Counted from the first letter of the whole stretch, positions 36,597 through 49,930 are shown. The stretch: DNA of 63,806 nucleotides, filler included, from Rhabdomonas costata (GCA_019059605.1; 54 parts of 54 records of this genome joined end to end with filler, not necessarily neighbours in it), one strand, 5' to 3'. Notes: generated by a model from the letters alone, not told the origin. Made by a program: numbers and translations.

Positions 36597-37142
36597 NNNN
36601 NNNNNNNNNNNNNNNNNNNNNNNNNNNNNNNNNNNNNNNNTTAATTAATTAANNNNNNNNNNNNNNNNNNNNNNNNNNNNNNNNNNNNNNNNNNNNGTGT
36701 TTTGGGGGTCGGCACTTCCAATTTGTCCGAATCTCATTTTTTATAAGACGCACAAGCCGTATTCATAAAGGTTGGGGAGGGGAAAAAAATTCAACCAACC
36801 ACGTGTTGGATAAACGTAAAACAGGACCATGCTCCGATCTTGTCAAGTGAGCAGGTCGTTAAACTTTCTTGTGTGTCTGGCAGGGATGGGAATATTTTTC
36901 TGCAGCCATGCAAAAACGTCTGCCCCGCGTTCTTGAAGCGACTGTTATCACAATACGGGGAGGGATAAAGCTATCTCCAGTTCCCGGCACACCACATCCC
37001 TTTCATCCCTTGCAGTCCCTCCCCCTCCAACAGCAATGAACGAAAACCAGCAGTAGGAGCCGTGTGGTGCGGTCAGGTAAGGCGGAAGGCACGGGAAGTG
37101 AGACCCCTGACATCGTTTCCGGTATTTTCCACCCCATCTCAT

Positions 37143-37288
37143 TCAGTCTCTTTTTTCAGCCTTCCGCCGCAAACGCCGCAGCTGAATCCACAGCGACAGC
37201 ACCAGGGTAACCACAAAGACTCCTGCGCTCAGCCCCAAGACCCACTGCCAGTTTGTGCGTACCAGGTATTCTGCAGCCTGGCGGGGGC
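37143..37288 (-). CDS. Terminal exon with C-terminal transmembrane helix
   Basis: AG acceptor followed by WVLGLSAGVFVVTLVLSLWI, the basic stop-transfer RRLRRK and a stop codon. Confidence 0.5.
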
Positions 37289-38248
37289 CTGAAGCAGACC
37301 AAAACCGAATCAAAACGGCCCAAATCGATCCCATCGGGCGAGCAACTGGAACGAGTTACGTGTGGTGACGAAGGTCACGACCATAATGCGCATCGTTTGC
37401 TTCTCTGACTTGCAGAAATTTCGGCCGCTTGACTGCTTCTCTCTTCTCTGCAATCCACCTCCCCATCCTTCCATCGTCTCATCCAGTTACGTGTCCAATG
37501 TTGCAACAGTACACCTTCATTTCTCCACTGTTTGCAATGTTTGCTCTGAATCCTTGCATTGCTACCATGATTTTCTTATGGTAACCCCACCTGGTAACCT
37601 TTATCAGTGCTCTCGTGACATGAAGTCAAAGCTGGCACAGTCTTTACTCTAAGTTTAGGCCAATTTATGAAAAGCCCGTACTTTCGCTTCACCGTATATG
37701 AATGACTCCTGCGACTCTGCGACTCTATACTGGCGGCTCAGCGGCTGGAAAGGCAAATTTATCTGATGACAACCAACCCNNNNNNNNNNNNNNNNNNNNN
37801 NNNNNNNNNNNNNNNNNNNNNNNTTAATTAATTAANNNNNNNNNNNNNNNNNNNNNNNNNNNNNNNNNNNNNNNNNNNNGGGGTTGGGTTATACCACATA
37901 ATAGTTTGCTCTCTTATGTCCGATTGTTGCGAACTGGTTTCGGTTTTCTGGCGCCTGCAACATGAACCCTACCCCAAATGTTTCCCCCAGCGAGAAATCC
38001 AGGGTGGGTCGCCCGCTCGCTCTTCAGTTTACTGTTCGGGTTGGTGATGTATATAGCGACGTTTCGGCAAGGGTACGCATGACAGGAGAAGTGTGTATGT
38101 AATGCTGACCGTAACCAGAAATCGATCAAAATCCAGGCTGCGGCCGATACAGTAAGAACAGAGCTACTCTTGGAGCAGTTCCTCGCTGGGAGCTCACATT
38201 CGCCGAAAGCAAAGGACCACAGCGAGGCACAGAGAGGCGCATGCAAAC

Positions 38249-38823
38249 CCGGAAAGGGATCAGCTTCGCCAGTTTCTGCAGCACCAGCCCTCGAGGGACG
38301 CATGGCCCCACCACTGTAAAGGCCCTCTGGGTCTTCGTGCCCATGGACCCGAAGGTGGCCGGCCTACAATCCACAAGGACCCCAATGGTTATGATGAGGC
38401 AAAACGGCACCAAACCTGCTCTCACAAAACACAAAACTGTGAAAAATACTAGTCAAACGGAGCAAATACGTACGACGCGAATTGCCGTCGCCCTTGGGGT
38501 CCAAAGAAGGATCGTCGCCATACTCACAAAAAGGCACCCGGCGACAAACAGCCTGTCAACAGATCCAAAAACGCTGCTCACCACAGCACCTGTCCCGACA
38601 ATGGTAAGGGAAACGATACAGAGCCACTCACAGAACAGGCAGCACACCCCCCGGTGCAGGCCAGGCGGACGCTCAGCCCCAGCTTCTGAGTGGCCTGAAA
38701 TAGCTCCTGAGCTGCCGTGACGCACCGCGCGGCGTGATCCGAGCGAAGCGTGCGTACGTTCCAGAAAGCCAGCACCTTGTCCCCGGCAAAGGGCATGGAG
38801 AGCCCACCGGTTGAATGAATCGC
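38249..38823 (-). CDS. Class III nucleotide cyclase catalytic domain (degenerate); exons 38823-38648 and 38363-38249
   Basis: AIHSTGGLSMPFAGDKVLAFWN...DHAARCVTAA...VRLACTGG|PATFGSMG...FTVVGPCV matches GGxxxKFxGDxVxAFWN...DHA...GNxG...FTVxG. Phase-2 GT-AG intron. Confidence 0.85.
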
Positions 38824-39239
38824 CTGAGGGTTTGGAAGGAAGGCCAGGGATCCACTCGGTCTTACGCTCCACAATGGCACCCACAATGTGAGAATTTCGG
38901 AAGGCAGCACACACATCATGTTTCCGCATGGAGATGCTTCTTCGCCTTTCTGCATTTCTTTCTNNNNNNNNNNNNNNNNNNNNNNNNNNNNNNNNNNNNN
39001 NNNNNNNTTAATTAATTAANNNNNNNNNNNNNNNNNNNNNNNNNNNNNNNNNNNNNNNNNNNNTTTTGGGTTGTTTGCAGCGGAGAGAGCGCATCATGAG
39101 CAGCAGCACAGCTGTTCGCTGAGGACGTTCCTTTTTGTTCTTTTATTCTCGCTTCGCGTGCGCGAGTGCGACGAAAGAGCAACCGCCACAGAAAGGGTGA
39201 TGGCCATAAGGATGTCTGCGTCTTCCTCGTCGATCCCCC

Positions 39240-39277
<38 letters not shown>

Positions 39278-39282
39278 TTCAG

Positions 39283-39979
39283 CGAGTTTGCGACGGACGC
39301 GAGCGTGGAGACGGCGCGGGGGGCGGTGCGGACGATGGGACGGATCGCGATCCGCCTGCCCTCCGCAGCGCAGCCTTGCACGAAGCATTTCCTGGAGTTC
39401 CTGCAGACGGAACAGGCCCATCTTCAGGCCGAGACGCTGATCCTCCTCAAAGGCTCCCCCTCCGCACAGCCGCACCCATTCACCTACTCAACCAACAAAA
39501 CTGTTGAGCGAAAAACCCTTCGAAATCTTCCAGTAGGTGGAACACTAACTTGGGAGTTCATCCAATGACCCACATGAACAACAGAACTTACAGGGCTTCT
39601 CTTGCACACCTGTTGCACCTTTGATGCCTCTTGTTCCCGCGCCTTGGTAACCTTCGGGAAACGAGACCTGCTTCTGAAACGATAAGGCAGCTCTTGCGCC
39701 TCATTGCATATTTTTCTCCTTCCTGGTAAATGCTCCTATTATCCGTCTCGCTTTCCTTCATCTTTTTCTTCCCTTACCTCTTGCTCTCTGTGCCTTCCAA
39801 ATCGCTCAATCCCGAAGATCCGATGAGAAGACCTGTGGCTGTCTGTGATGACTGATGAACGATACGGTTCCCTTCCCTGTACAGACTTCATGCGGAAGTA
39901 CCGGGACATCACCCTCCTGCGGCGGTTCTTCCCTGCCTTGTTGCAACTGTGGAAGAACGTGGAGGAGACCGAGGCAAAG
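39283..39979 (+). CDS. Beta-adaptin, most like AP-4 beta; exons 39283-39452 and 39885-39979 with a GC-AG intron
   Basis: EFATDASVETARGAVRTMGRIA...FLEFLQTEQAHLQAETLILLK|DFMRKY...NVEETEAK resembles AP-4 beta LLQFLEMEKDYVTAETLVLVKDLLRKY...EPKAK. Confidence 0.8.
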
Positions 39980-40248
39980 GTCTCTAAAGAGCCTCTCGGA
40001 AGCCAGCATTGCACTTAACCCCATTCAGACTCAAAGTGGTTGCTGTTATTTTTTTAGCTTTTAGGGTCGTTTTCGATGGTTTGCGTGAGTTCCGAAGTAA
40101 GAGTTTATGTGCTTGATTCCGCTTGTTTGGGTCGTGTGCCCCACACCCNNNNNNNNNNNNNNNNNNNNNNNNNNNNNNNNNNNNNNNNNNNNTTAATTAA
40201 TTAANNNNNNNNNNNNNNNNNNNNNNNNNNNNNNNNNNNNNNNNNNNN

Positions 40249-41069
40249 TGATCCCGGAAATCGCATAGCCCGACAGAACCCGTGCAATATCCACGAACTC
40301 CTCCAAGCTGATGGGCGCAGCCTCGGGACAGCCTGTTCGCTGCCGTACAAGTTGCAGGGCCTCACAAGCAGCTAGATCCCCAGCAAAGCTGACCGAGCCC
40401 GCGCTAAGTGCACAAAACGAGACCTCCACTCGGCTCAACCTTCCTCTCCCTCTTATCCTTTCCCTTTCTCAGCCTCCCCCTTTCCCGTGTCGTATTTGCC
40501 TAAATTTTCATTTACTTCCGCTTCAATTGGGCCACTGGATTGGCTGCTTGTTTCCAAGCTCATTCTGACGTTCTCAGTGTGTGCGTGCGTTTGTGTGATT
40601 GTTTTCGAGTTTCCACACACCTCAGCCTTTGGGATTCCTTCGAGGACCGATGCAAAGGGACAGGAAAGGCAACTCCAGAATGATCTGAGTTGCTGCGCAA
40701 GCTCAGATGTAGGGTGCTCTGCCACAGCGATCTTTGAAACTTCCTTCCCGAACCAGGGCTAGCTGCTAGATGCAGGTTGCCTGCATTCTCTCACGACGTG
40801 CTACCATTCAAGTAAATTAATATGCCCACTTAGCACTAACTTTTATCACCTCTTCTGAAATAAAATTGCCCGTCTTTCCGTCGTTTTTAGTGCAGGAAAC
40901 AAGAAATGACCCACCGCAGTGTCTGTGCCAGACAGCTCTGGGCGAGTTCCCCGTCCACAGCGGCCTGGCGAAACGCGGACTCCAGCAGGCCCTCATCCAG
41001 CGGGCAGGGCACCGGAGACACCGGCAGAAGAGATGCCGCCGTCGGGGAAGTGACAAGGATGTTCGCCAT
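40249..41069 (-). CDS. Degenerate EF-hand-like protein, two exons
   Basis: LLESAFRQAAVDGELAQSCLAQTLR|AGS...PISLEEFVDIA joins across a phase-compatible GT-AG intron. Confidence 0.4.
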
Positions 41070-42235
41070 TGACAAAGGATGCAAAAGGTAGCGGGGAAGG
41101 GACGAGGTACAGGAAAAACGAATTAAAAGAACGCGGCTGCAGAAGAACGTGCGTTTCTTTAAACTCACAGGGCCCCACGCCCTGTCGGACTCTCTGCTGT
41201 CATGCCAGGACGTCGGGAATTTGCGGACTAAGCAAAGCCACCCGGTTTCCGGTCCCGCTTGTGCGTTGCTGATAACTTTGTCAGTGTACATTCGGGGCGG
41301 TTTTCTCCTAATTTTTCTTATGAACAAAAAAANNNNNNNNNNNNNNNNNNNNNNNNNNNNNNNNNNNNNNNNNNNNTTAATTAATTAANNNNNNNNNNNN
41401 NNNNNNNNNNNNNNNNNNNNNNNNNNNNNNNNGGGGTTTTGGGAGCACTTGGGGAAGCGTAGTTGGGGGCAAGTGTCCGGGAAGGAAGAAGCATAACTGG
41501 TTCAGTCCGGGGAGGTTGGAGTCGCCGACTCGCCCTGAGCCAGCCCTCTCCTCTAGACTTTCGCCGATGCAGGGAGCGGAAGAGAGTGGCGCAGTGTGCG
41601 AGCTCAAGGGCGGGGGGGTAGTACCGCTGCTCTCCGGTTTAGGGGCTGAGAGAAAGAATAGGAAAGACGAAAGAGAGAAGGAAAGGGCTCAAAGAAGAAT
41701 TCCGGCGGATGTTTGGGTATGCGACAAGGTTCTATAGACGGAAACGCTGGAAGCCATCGGAAGCCATGGGATGAACGTTTAACGCCTGGGACTGGGGCTT
41801 TCGTCCAGCAGAAGCACTCGCGGGGCACCCTGCGGGAAGATTCCATGCGTCTCCAAAGGATGCGATGCAAAAAGGCTAGTCAAAGGAATTGCGCCACTCC
41901 ATGAGGGGCGCCCGCTCTGCATAAGTGTGAGAGGTAAGACAGAGAGAGAGGAGGGAATAGATGTGAGCCGAAACATACTGTAATCATGGCATCCCGCCGA
42001 GATCAAGGGGCTCACTGGCTGCACCGCCAACTCCGCAGTACCTTGGAAAACAGAGGGAAGGAGTGAACGATACCCCATTATCGACGTTGAAATTCTTTGT
42101 GACAACAAAGAATTGAAAAAGCACTGCAAAAATGTTAACTGCAACATACGTTCGCATGCAGTAAACTCAGTGCATACCAGGACCAAGAGGAACCGACGTC
42201 GGCCGTTCGGGAACAAGTCCAACCGACCGCCCCAC

Positions 42236-42481
42236 TGTGGGCAGCGTCACCTCCACTACAAACGTCGCCCCTCGACCCACCGCAGTCCCCTCCGGGTCCA
42301 CGAACAGCCGACCTCCCATCAGCTGCACCAGCTTCGCCGCGATCACCAGCCCCAGTCCGCTGCCCCCGTACTGCGCCCAGGTCTCCGCCGTGGCCTGCCC
42401 AAAGGCCTGGAACAGCCGCCCCTGCTGCTCCGCGCTGAGCCCGATCCCCGTGTCCCGAACCTCCACTCGCACCGCGATCAT
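42236..42481 (-). CDS. Histidine kinase HATPase_c domain exon
   Basis: G1 box EVRDTGIG, F box LFQAFGQ, G2 box YGGSGLGL, LVQLMGG and GRGATF. CCAG acceptor. Confidence 0.92.
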
Positions 42482-42768
42482 CTGGAAGTCCTCAGAGGAG
42501 GGGCAAGGGAGAGAGCNNNNNNNNNNNNNNNNNNNNNNNNNNNNNNNNNNNNNNNNNNNNTTAATTAATTAANNNNNNNNNNNNNNNNNNNNNNNNNNNN
42601 NNNNNNNNNNNNNNNNGTGTTGGGTGTGGTTGGTGGGGGGGTGACCTCTGCTGGGATGAACAGTATATGGAAAGGGGGGCTTTATATTTTGTCTTTCTTT
42701 GTTTTCTGTCTGTCATTCTTACATTCCCAATCACCAACCAACATCTCTCTTGGGTAGGCACCAACTTA

Positions 42769-42948
<180 letters not shown>

Positions 42949-43829
42949 CTATTACCTCGCCCCCTGTGAATCTTGTGGCCACTTAAAGCGTGTAATACAA
43001 CCAAATTCTATCAAAAGTCAAACGCTTCGCAGTGTTTTCACTTCCACGGTTGGCGTTTTTTCTATTCTGGCATCTTACCATGGACCGCACAAGGGGGAAA
43101 AGTCACTCCCACGGTGTGCGGATTCCGGGTTGCGGTTTCAGGTCCCAAAACAATAAGCATTGGCTGGTGGTGGTCCGTTGTTTGTCTTCTTCTTCATTTG
43201 TGACGTAAATCCACAGCGGCACAAAGGTTCTTGCAGTAGGGGGCTTTGCTTTGCACAAATTCTAAATCACGCTTCCGCTGTGCAGCTACTAGGTATCGGA
43301 AACTCCAGAGCTGTTCAGCACTTTTTGAGAAGGGTCTGAAGAGACCCAATCTTGCCGGGAATAGCGCATGCATTTCTTCAAAAGTGACATGTGACGTATA
43401 AATCAGTGTATGGACACGACATATACGCATATGGAGCAGTGCGAAAACAACCGGACTAGAAAAAGGTGCTGAAGCGCAACGGCACACCCTGACGAGTTTT
43501 TCGGAGTCACCCCGCCACTTGGACGTGAGCGTTGCCGTGGAAACGCTGAAAAAGGTTGTGCCGCATTCCTGTTAGGGGCAGGAAACCAGAGCATGGTCGG
43601 TCCGCGAGGAGATGTGGTGAACAATAAAAATCAGATGTCATCAGAAGCACCACGAATTGCTGAACACCACGGGTCGTGAGGGCGAGGAGGCAAAAAAAAC
43701 NNNNNNNNNNNNNNNNNNNNNNNNNNNNNNNNNNNNNNNNNNNNTTAATTAATTAANNNNNNNNNNNNNNNNNNNNNNNNNNNNNNNNNNNNNNNNNNNN
43801 GGTTTTACCAGCAATTTGTGGAAGATTAA

Positions 43830-44480
43830 GCTACAGTTGCATAAGAAAAGTTCCATTTGCTAAGGATCCTATGGTGCTAAACACGTATGCGTGTGGATAT
43901 CATAAAAGTCATCACAAAAAATGAAAGATGGAAAGATGCATTCTGTTGCGTGTCGGGAAATGTTTTTACACTTTAAAAACATTACGATTTACATGAGAGA
44001 AATGCTGGCGCTTGTGAACACGTTGGAAACGTTGATGCATTATTTTGCTGGATTCATATATCCTGTTCGTCAGAGATATGCGCTTAAATTGGATGCATTT
44101 CAGGAGGGCAAGTGTCGCTGTGTATTCCTTTTCTAGGCACCCAGTGGACGCCGTTAGCTCAGAAGCTATAGAACAGGAATTGCGTCTGTTTGATTCTTTT
44201 GTCACTTTGTACCACTTTTCTCACACACGAGGTAGCGCCAGAGTTGGATTCAGAAGATTTGTGGACATATTAATGGTTGCACTGACAATTGAGGAAGAGG
44301 TACTTTAACATGTGTACAGTAGAGCTTTTGGATCTGAAAAATGGCAACATGGCAGACGTTATTAGTTGGCGAAGATTTTGGTACATATACAGAGAGAAAG
44401 AGAGATGATTTCACGGCACCACTACTCACACGTATCTTTGGAGATTATGACAACGTTTATGGCTACAAAACGTTCAGCTA
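43830..44480 (+). mobile_element. Decayed Ty3/Gypsy RNase H (and possibly integrase start)
   Basis: SQKMKDGKMHSVAC...TIYMREMLALVNTLETLMHYFAG resembles SQ..DGxxxPVAY...YxxEKELLAIVxALxxxRHYLxG. VDAVSS resembles ADALSR. Multiple breaks. Confidence 0.6.
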
Positions 44481-45032
44481 ACATTTGGTATGATTAATGT
44501 GAATAAGGTAGTGATAGCCCGACTGAAAATTACAGAAAATTTAGGTTCCGTTGAAATTACGTCTTAAAGTTTAGTAGAATATAAAGATTCGAGCGGAGAG
44601 AAGTCTCCGCTAAAAATTACGTATTTTGATGGAGTTAAGTTAGGATGATGAATTAATGAGTGGATGAAACTGTGTGGAACCACGAAGCAAATGTGGAGTA
44701 GTTCCGTAAAGTTTGCATGTTCAAACCACACAAGAGGAGTACTATGGAAGCGTAATAGAAAACGATTGCTTCAAGAAGAGCTTCCAGTTATATCAATAGA
44801 ATCGCAGCAGTACCATCTCCGCAAAGGGAAAGATTTTGAGGTAGTAAGTGCTAAGTGGTAAGGAGAAGAATTGCAATACAAAAANNNNNNNNNNNNNNNN
44901 NNNNNNNNNNNNNNNNNNNNNNNNNNNNTTAATTAATTAANNNNNNNNNNNNNNNNNNNNNNNNNNNNNNNNNNNNNNNNNNNNGGGTGGGGTGGGGTAG
45001 ATATATGGATTTTACATTCGAGGCAATGCTAC

Positions 45033-45756
45033 CGTGGGCTCCTCGCTGATCTGGCAAATCGCGTAGAGACCAGGCAGTGAGCTCTTCGCCATAGATCACG
45101 TTGAACCTTCTATAAATAACAAGTAGATCATGCCAGGGTGCCTCTTGCTACGTGCTTCAAACGTGTTTGGTTGAGGACACCGCGCCATTCGCTCAGGAAA
45201 TATACATACCGCTGCTCAAACAGTAGCAGCTCGTACGCGGCCTGTTTGGAGAGGAAATCGGTAAACACGTACAGGTCGAGCTCAGAGCCCATGTGCCTGA
45301 CAAATTTTCTTCGCGCCAGGTCCTTCAAGTTCCTGACTACCTGCGGAAAAGAGGTACCACTTTCAACCCGAAGTCACGGGTTCACAGAAACCGTCACAGA
45401 TACCTTTCACCAAAAGATTTGATTGCCCCCAATTCTGAAGACCTGAGATATGAAGGTTTCCTTGAGTATCACACTCAACAATAATAAGCAAACAGAATCT
45501 GCCTTTTAAGTGTAGGGGAAGGATGAAGATATGCATACGCACACACTATTTGAGTTACCTGTGCAAGAGACATCTCGCTGAAGGGCTGCACAAGGTGGGC
45601 CAAGGTCTTGGGGTCCACCACCACGGAGGCCGTGCTGGCCACCTTCAGCAGGAGCTGCAGCTCCGGAGGAATTCGGTCGATCCGGGCCCGGGCAAAGCCC
45701 GTGAGGGTGTCTGGATGTCGGGAGCTTGGCCGCGGTGATCTCGAAGGCACAGGCAC
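45033..45756 (-). CDS. STAND-NTPase region of a soluble adenylate cyclase (ADCY10-like) protein; exons 45756-45559, 45340-45210, 45109-~45033
   Basis: PDTLTGFARARIDRIPPELQLLLKVAS and YVFTDFLSKQAAYELLLFEQR match PxTLxxxIxARIDRL...LLKxASV and YxFxHxLxxEVAYxxLLxxQR. Confidence 0.75.
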
Positions 45757-47959
45757 CTGCCATAAAGCAGCGGAACCCTCCCAATAGGAGATGGTCCCCC
45801 GAGGAATCCTGAGGGGCTAGCACTTGGCTCGGGCATTGGGCGAGAGGGCAGAAAAAGGATACGGCACCGTCAAGCATTGGTTTGTTTTATTCTTGACGAC
45901 ACTGTATAACAAAGAAGACAACAAAAAAGCAGAGAGGAGCATCACAAGGGAGCAAAGCCGAATAGAACTGAGTGGAATGGAGCCAGTGCAGTGCGGTGGA
46001 GTAGGGCATGGGAATGAAGGTGTGATGTGGGGTGAAGTCTTCGAACATCTTTAACANNNNNNNNNNNNNNNNNNNNNNNNNNNNNNNNNNNNNNNNNNNN
46101 TTAATTAATTAANNNNNNNNNNNNNNNNNNNNNNNNNNNNNNNNNNNNNNNNNNNNATACCGTGTAGAGGTAATAGGCCCGAGTTCCCTCATCACACACG
46201 GAGTCCCAAAAAGCTGCGGCGGTCACAACAAGTTCAATCAACATTTCTGTGCAGCATTCTCTGACGGGGCTCACACCGAGGGCAGCAGGAGTCCCACCAG
46301 GGTCAAATTTTTACGCAAGCAAACGCACTGGAAAATCGGGGTGGTGGGGTTCGTTCACCGGATACGTGTCAAAAAATGAAGTGTCCGAAAAACCAGACAG
46401 CACTGGAACACAAACACGCACCTATCTACAGCAACGTGCACAGTAAAAAAGGCTTACGTGAACTGTGTGGTCCGCTCTCAGAGGATGATAAAATAAATGA
46501 CAGGTCCCCCATACAGCGGTAACTCACGCCACGGAAGACACTGCGGATCCACCTCCACTTCCTGGGTCACCTGATTCCCTGAAAGCGGACGGTATGTTAG
46601 TATTACGAGCTGGATGGTGCCCTTCTCATATTTCCTTGTCTTTTTTCATACTCGTGCGGCACCGCTGCTTTTGCTCTCCGTGCACGCCGTCCTTGCTGAT
46701 CTTCTCTTTGATTCCCGGATTTTCACACGCGTAATTCCTATTTGCCCCTCTCACAATTTCCTTGCCCTCCGATGTGAGATTGCTCATCACATTCTCGGTT
46801 CCGAACGCCATATGTGCTTGTCATATGTGGCCGCCGCCTACTATGTTTCTTAGCAATGATTGTCACTCTGCCCTGCATCCCGGCGTGGTCGCGGACCTGA
46901 ATCCGAGACTGCGCAGGGGCTTAGGGCCAAAACTGACACTAAAATGGGAGATACCATATCACCCTGGAACCTAGAAGTATTCGCAGCGCATTCTGAGGTG
47001 ATATACGAGGAATGGGGGGTGGGGTCAGAAGAGCAAAAGTGAAGAAAGAAGAGAACACATCCCCTCCTACGTCGGCATTTCCCCTCCCTCAGAAAAGGAA
47101 CGCGTGGAGGCTGCCAGGCGGAGAGCGAGAGACCGCCGCTGTGTCAAGGGCAGCCCAAAATCCAAACCCCAAACCACCCCAAACCCAAACCAGAATACAG
47201 CCGAAAAAAACAGCAAAGACCAACAAAAACACAGGTCACCNNNNNNNNNNNNNNNNNNNNNNNNNNNNNNNNNNNNNNNNNNNNTTAATTAATTAANNNN
47301 NNNNNNNNNNNNNNNNNNNNNNNNNNNNNNNNNNNNNNNNTGGTTTGTGTTCTTCCACGGCAGTGTGGGTCTGTGTGTGGGTTTATACATCAATTCGTGG
47401 ATTAATTGGAACTGTATGTGTTGCAGCCGGCGTTGAATTTCTCGGCTCTCCGATACCATTTCGAGTGGTCTGTTTGGGTTGGCTATGGCTTGGCTGAAAG
47501 ACATGGCAGGGGGCTGGAGGCGCGAGCAGAAAGCTTTTTATGTATTCTCGTCCCAACGTTTGAGAGTGCTGGAAAAACCTGGCTGCTGTGCATTGAATCA
47601 ACACGACATCAGTGGGGAAAACACCCGCGTAGAGCAGCACAATCACGCCTTCGCCTTCGCCACAAAGGTGCACACGATCATTCTGGCTTCGTTTTGGCTT
47701 CCGCTCCATTCCTGAGCCACCCGCTTGCAGTGTGGGTCCTACAGTAACCCCAGTAGGAAGTGCATTGCAGTTTGATGTTTAAAGTTACGGTCTTATGCAC
47801 TGGGAGGAGGGCTGGGTGTGAAATTGAGAGGCAATTTTACAATTTACAACTAGGTCGTGGCAGCGAAGGTTTGGGAATAAACAGAGGCAAAGGAGCTTTT
47901 TTATGATGTGCACTGGTGACGGTTGTCGGATGTACGCACACGCGCACGGAATTCACCAG

Positions 47960-48109
47960 GCCAAGGCTTCGAGGGATGAAAAGAAGGCCGTAGAATTCGC
48001 CTCTTCGGAGCCCGAGAGGGCTCCGGTAGAGAGGCTCATGGAGAGTGCCTCCATGGCCCAGATCCCCCAGGCCCCCACCATCCCTGAGGACCTCATCAGC
48101 GACTTGAAC
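47960..48109 (+). CDS. Hypothetical exon with a probable GC donor (GCAAGT at 48110)
   Basis: CACCAG|AKASRDEKKAVEF...PEDLISDLN|GCAAGT; codon bias drops after the junction. Confidence 0.4.
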
Positions 48110-49294
48110 GCAAGTTTGTGCTCGCCCTGCCGTGACTGCAGAGGGATCTGTCTGTTGTGTACTTTTTCCTGGAGTTACCTTAGCCATCAAAGCGGATACT
48201 TACCAGAACTATGCACAGCAACCAGATATGATTCCACGTGTCAGAGCCCCCCCCCCCTCGGGGGGGGGGCAGTTCAGCTCAGTTGCACACATTTGCAGCT
48301 TTTTGTTATGCTTCGTCCCGAGCTGGTTTTTTTCTCTTCGGATGGTGTGCAAGCACACGCACACGATATTTGCACAAATTTGCATGATATGCGTAAATGC
48401 GGCTCAGAATATGCACCCCAAAAANNNNNNNNNNNNNNNNNNNNNNNNNNNNNNNNNNNNNNNNNNNNTTAATTAATTAANNNNNNNNNNNNNNNNNNNN
48501 NNNNNNNNNNNNNNNNNNNNNNNNTTTGTTGGGTCCTTGTTCGCTATCTTCTCGCAAATCAAAAAACAAAAGAATACCCCAGGTGAAGAACACCCTACTA
48601 CCCGTCCTGCTCTCCCCGTGTTCCGTATCTCGTGCAAGAGAAACAACGAAAAACCACACAAGCTCGCCGGCCAAGCGGCACGGGCGTTGGCCCCTCGAAC
48701 AGCGCGCATGCCTCATTTCTTTCAGTCAACAGAAATCGTGTCAAAAAACCTCAAATCGGAGCGTGGTGGCGGTGGGCCGCTGGATGGCTGTCATTTTTGG
48801 GTGGAACACCGGCAGCAGCGTCTGAGGCTTTGATGCGAACTGCGCGAAGACAAAGAAGACGCCAAAACACACCATGTGGATGGAAGGAAGCCATCCCGGG
48901 AAACCGAGGCACCCCCATCCCTCCAAGCCCCCCATCTCGCTCGGTGCAGGTGCAGGTGCGACATCACAAGGATGACGAAGCAGAGAGGGAGAATGGGGCA
49001 GAACTAGGGGAATGGTAAGGACGATAAGAATGGAGAAAGGAACGAGGGCACTACGTCAGCACGGAGACACGCTAAATCCCGCCAACTAAAGCCATCCTCT
49101 TCCACTCAGAAAAGCAGATCTTTCACTGCATTTCTTCGCCTTTCATCACATTCCACCATACGGCGGATACTAAGAAGGCTCTCGTCACAAGTCCACAACC
49201 CACAACCCACTCATCACAAATACCCACACAGACAGACACACACACACACACACACACTCACTCATCTTTCGTTGGCTGTGGATGGGGTCTTTCC

Positions 49295-49600
49295 TCAGGG
49301 GGAGGGACTTGGCTTGACCTTCTCCAGAGCCACCAAGAGCTTCTCCAGGCTGTCCACCTTCGAAGCGGGCCCACCGTTTCCCTCCGGGGTTTTAGACAGG
49401 CCCGTGACCTCCTCGCAGAGCGTTTTCCACAGCTCTAGCGCCACGTTGCCGTGGACAGCCTTGGAGAGCCCCCCGGCCTGCAGCCCGGTGAGGGTGGATC
49501 GGAGCAGCTCCACCAGGCTATCCATCAGCTCCGAAGAGAGCAGCACCAAGAACACGGGCACCAGTGAGGAGAAATCTAGGACTTTCTCCCGGACTAGCCC
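49295..49600 (-). CDS. Hypothetical protein, terminal exon
   Basis: GC-rich helical ORF ...SLEKLLVALEKVKPSPSP then stop, followed by a (TG)n tract on the coding strand. Confidence 0.5.
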   Translation of the reverse strand, partial: GLVREKVLDFSSLVPVFLVLLSSELMDSLVELLRSTLTGLQAGGLSKAVHGNVALELWKTLCEEVTGLSKTPEGNGGPASKVDSLEKLLVALEKVKPSPSP

Positions 49601-49729
49601 AACAAAACNNNNNNNNNNNNNNNNNNNNNNNNNNNNNNNNNNNNNNNNNNNNTTAATTAATTAANNNNNNNNNNNNNNNNNNNNNNNNNNNNNNNNNNNN
49701 NNNNNNNNGGGGTGGGGTGGCTCTCTCAG

Positions 49730-49930
49730 GTGACCCTTCTGCTGATCAACGCGGCAGCAAACGAGGCGCTGCCACTTTTTCTGGACCCGCTGGTGTCCCC
49801 CCTGGCGAACATCATGATCTCGGTAACTTTGGTGCTGCTCTTCGGGGAGATCATCCCCCAGGCCTCGTTCAGCCGCCACGCGCTGGCCGTGGGAGCCTTC
49901 TTCGCTCCCCTCGTGTGGTATCTCTGTTGG
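49730..49930 (+). CDS. CNNM/DUF21 metal-transporter domain exon
   Basis: [19 protein letters not shown]...[16 protein letters not shown] is the hallmark DUF21 motif. Confidence 0.92.

Noticed and set aside
38590-38651. Apparent GG-AG nonconventional intron leading into GAVVSSVFGS
   Set aside because: A canonical phase-2 GT-AG join to the exon at 38363 gives a better cyclase match (GPATFGSMG...FTVVG).
39243-39274. Microsatellites and homopolymers: (CT)n here, (CA)n ~49236, (TAT)n ~58889, C11-TC-G10 at 48247-48269
   Set aside because: Ordinary intronic or intergenic simple repeats with no further structure.
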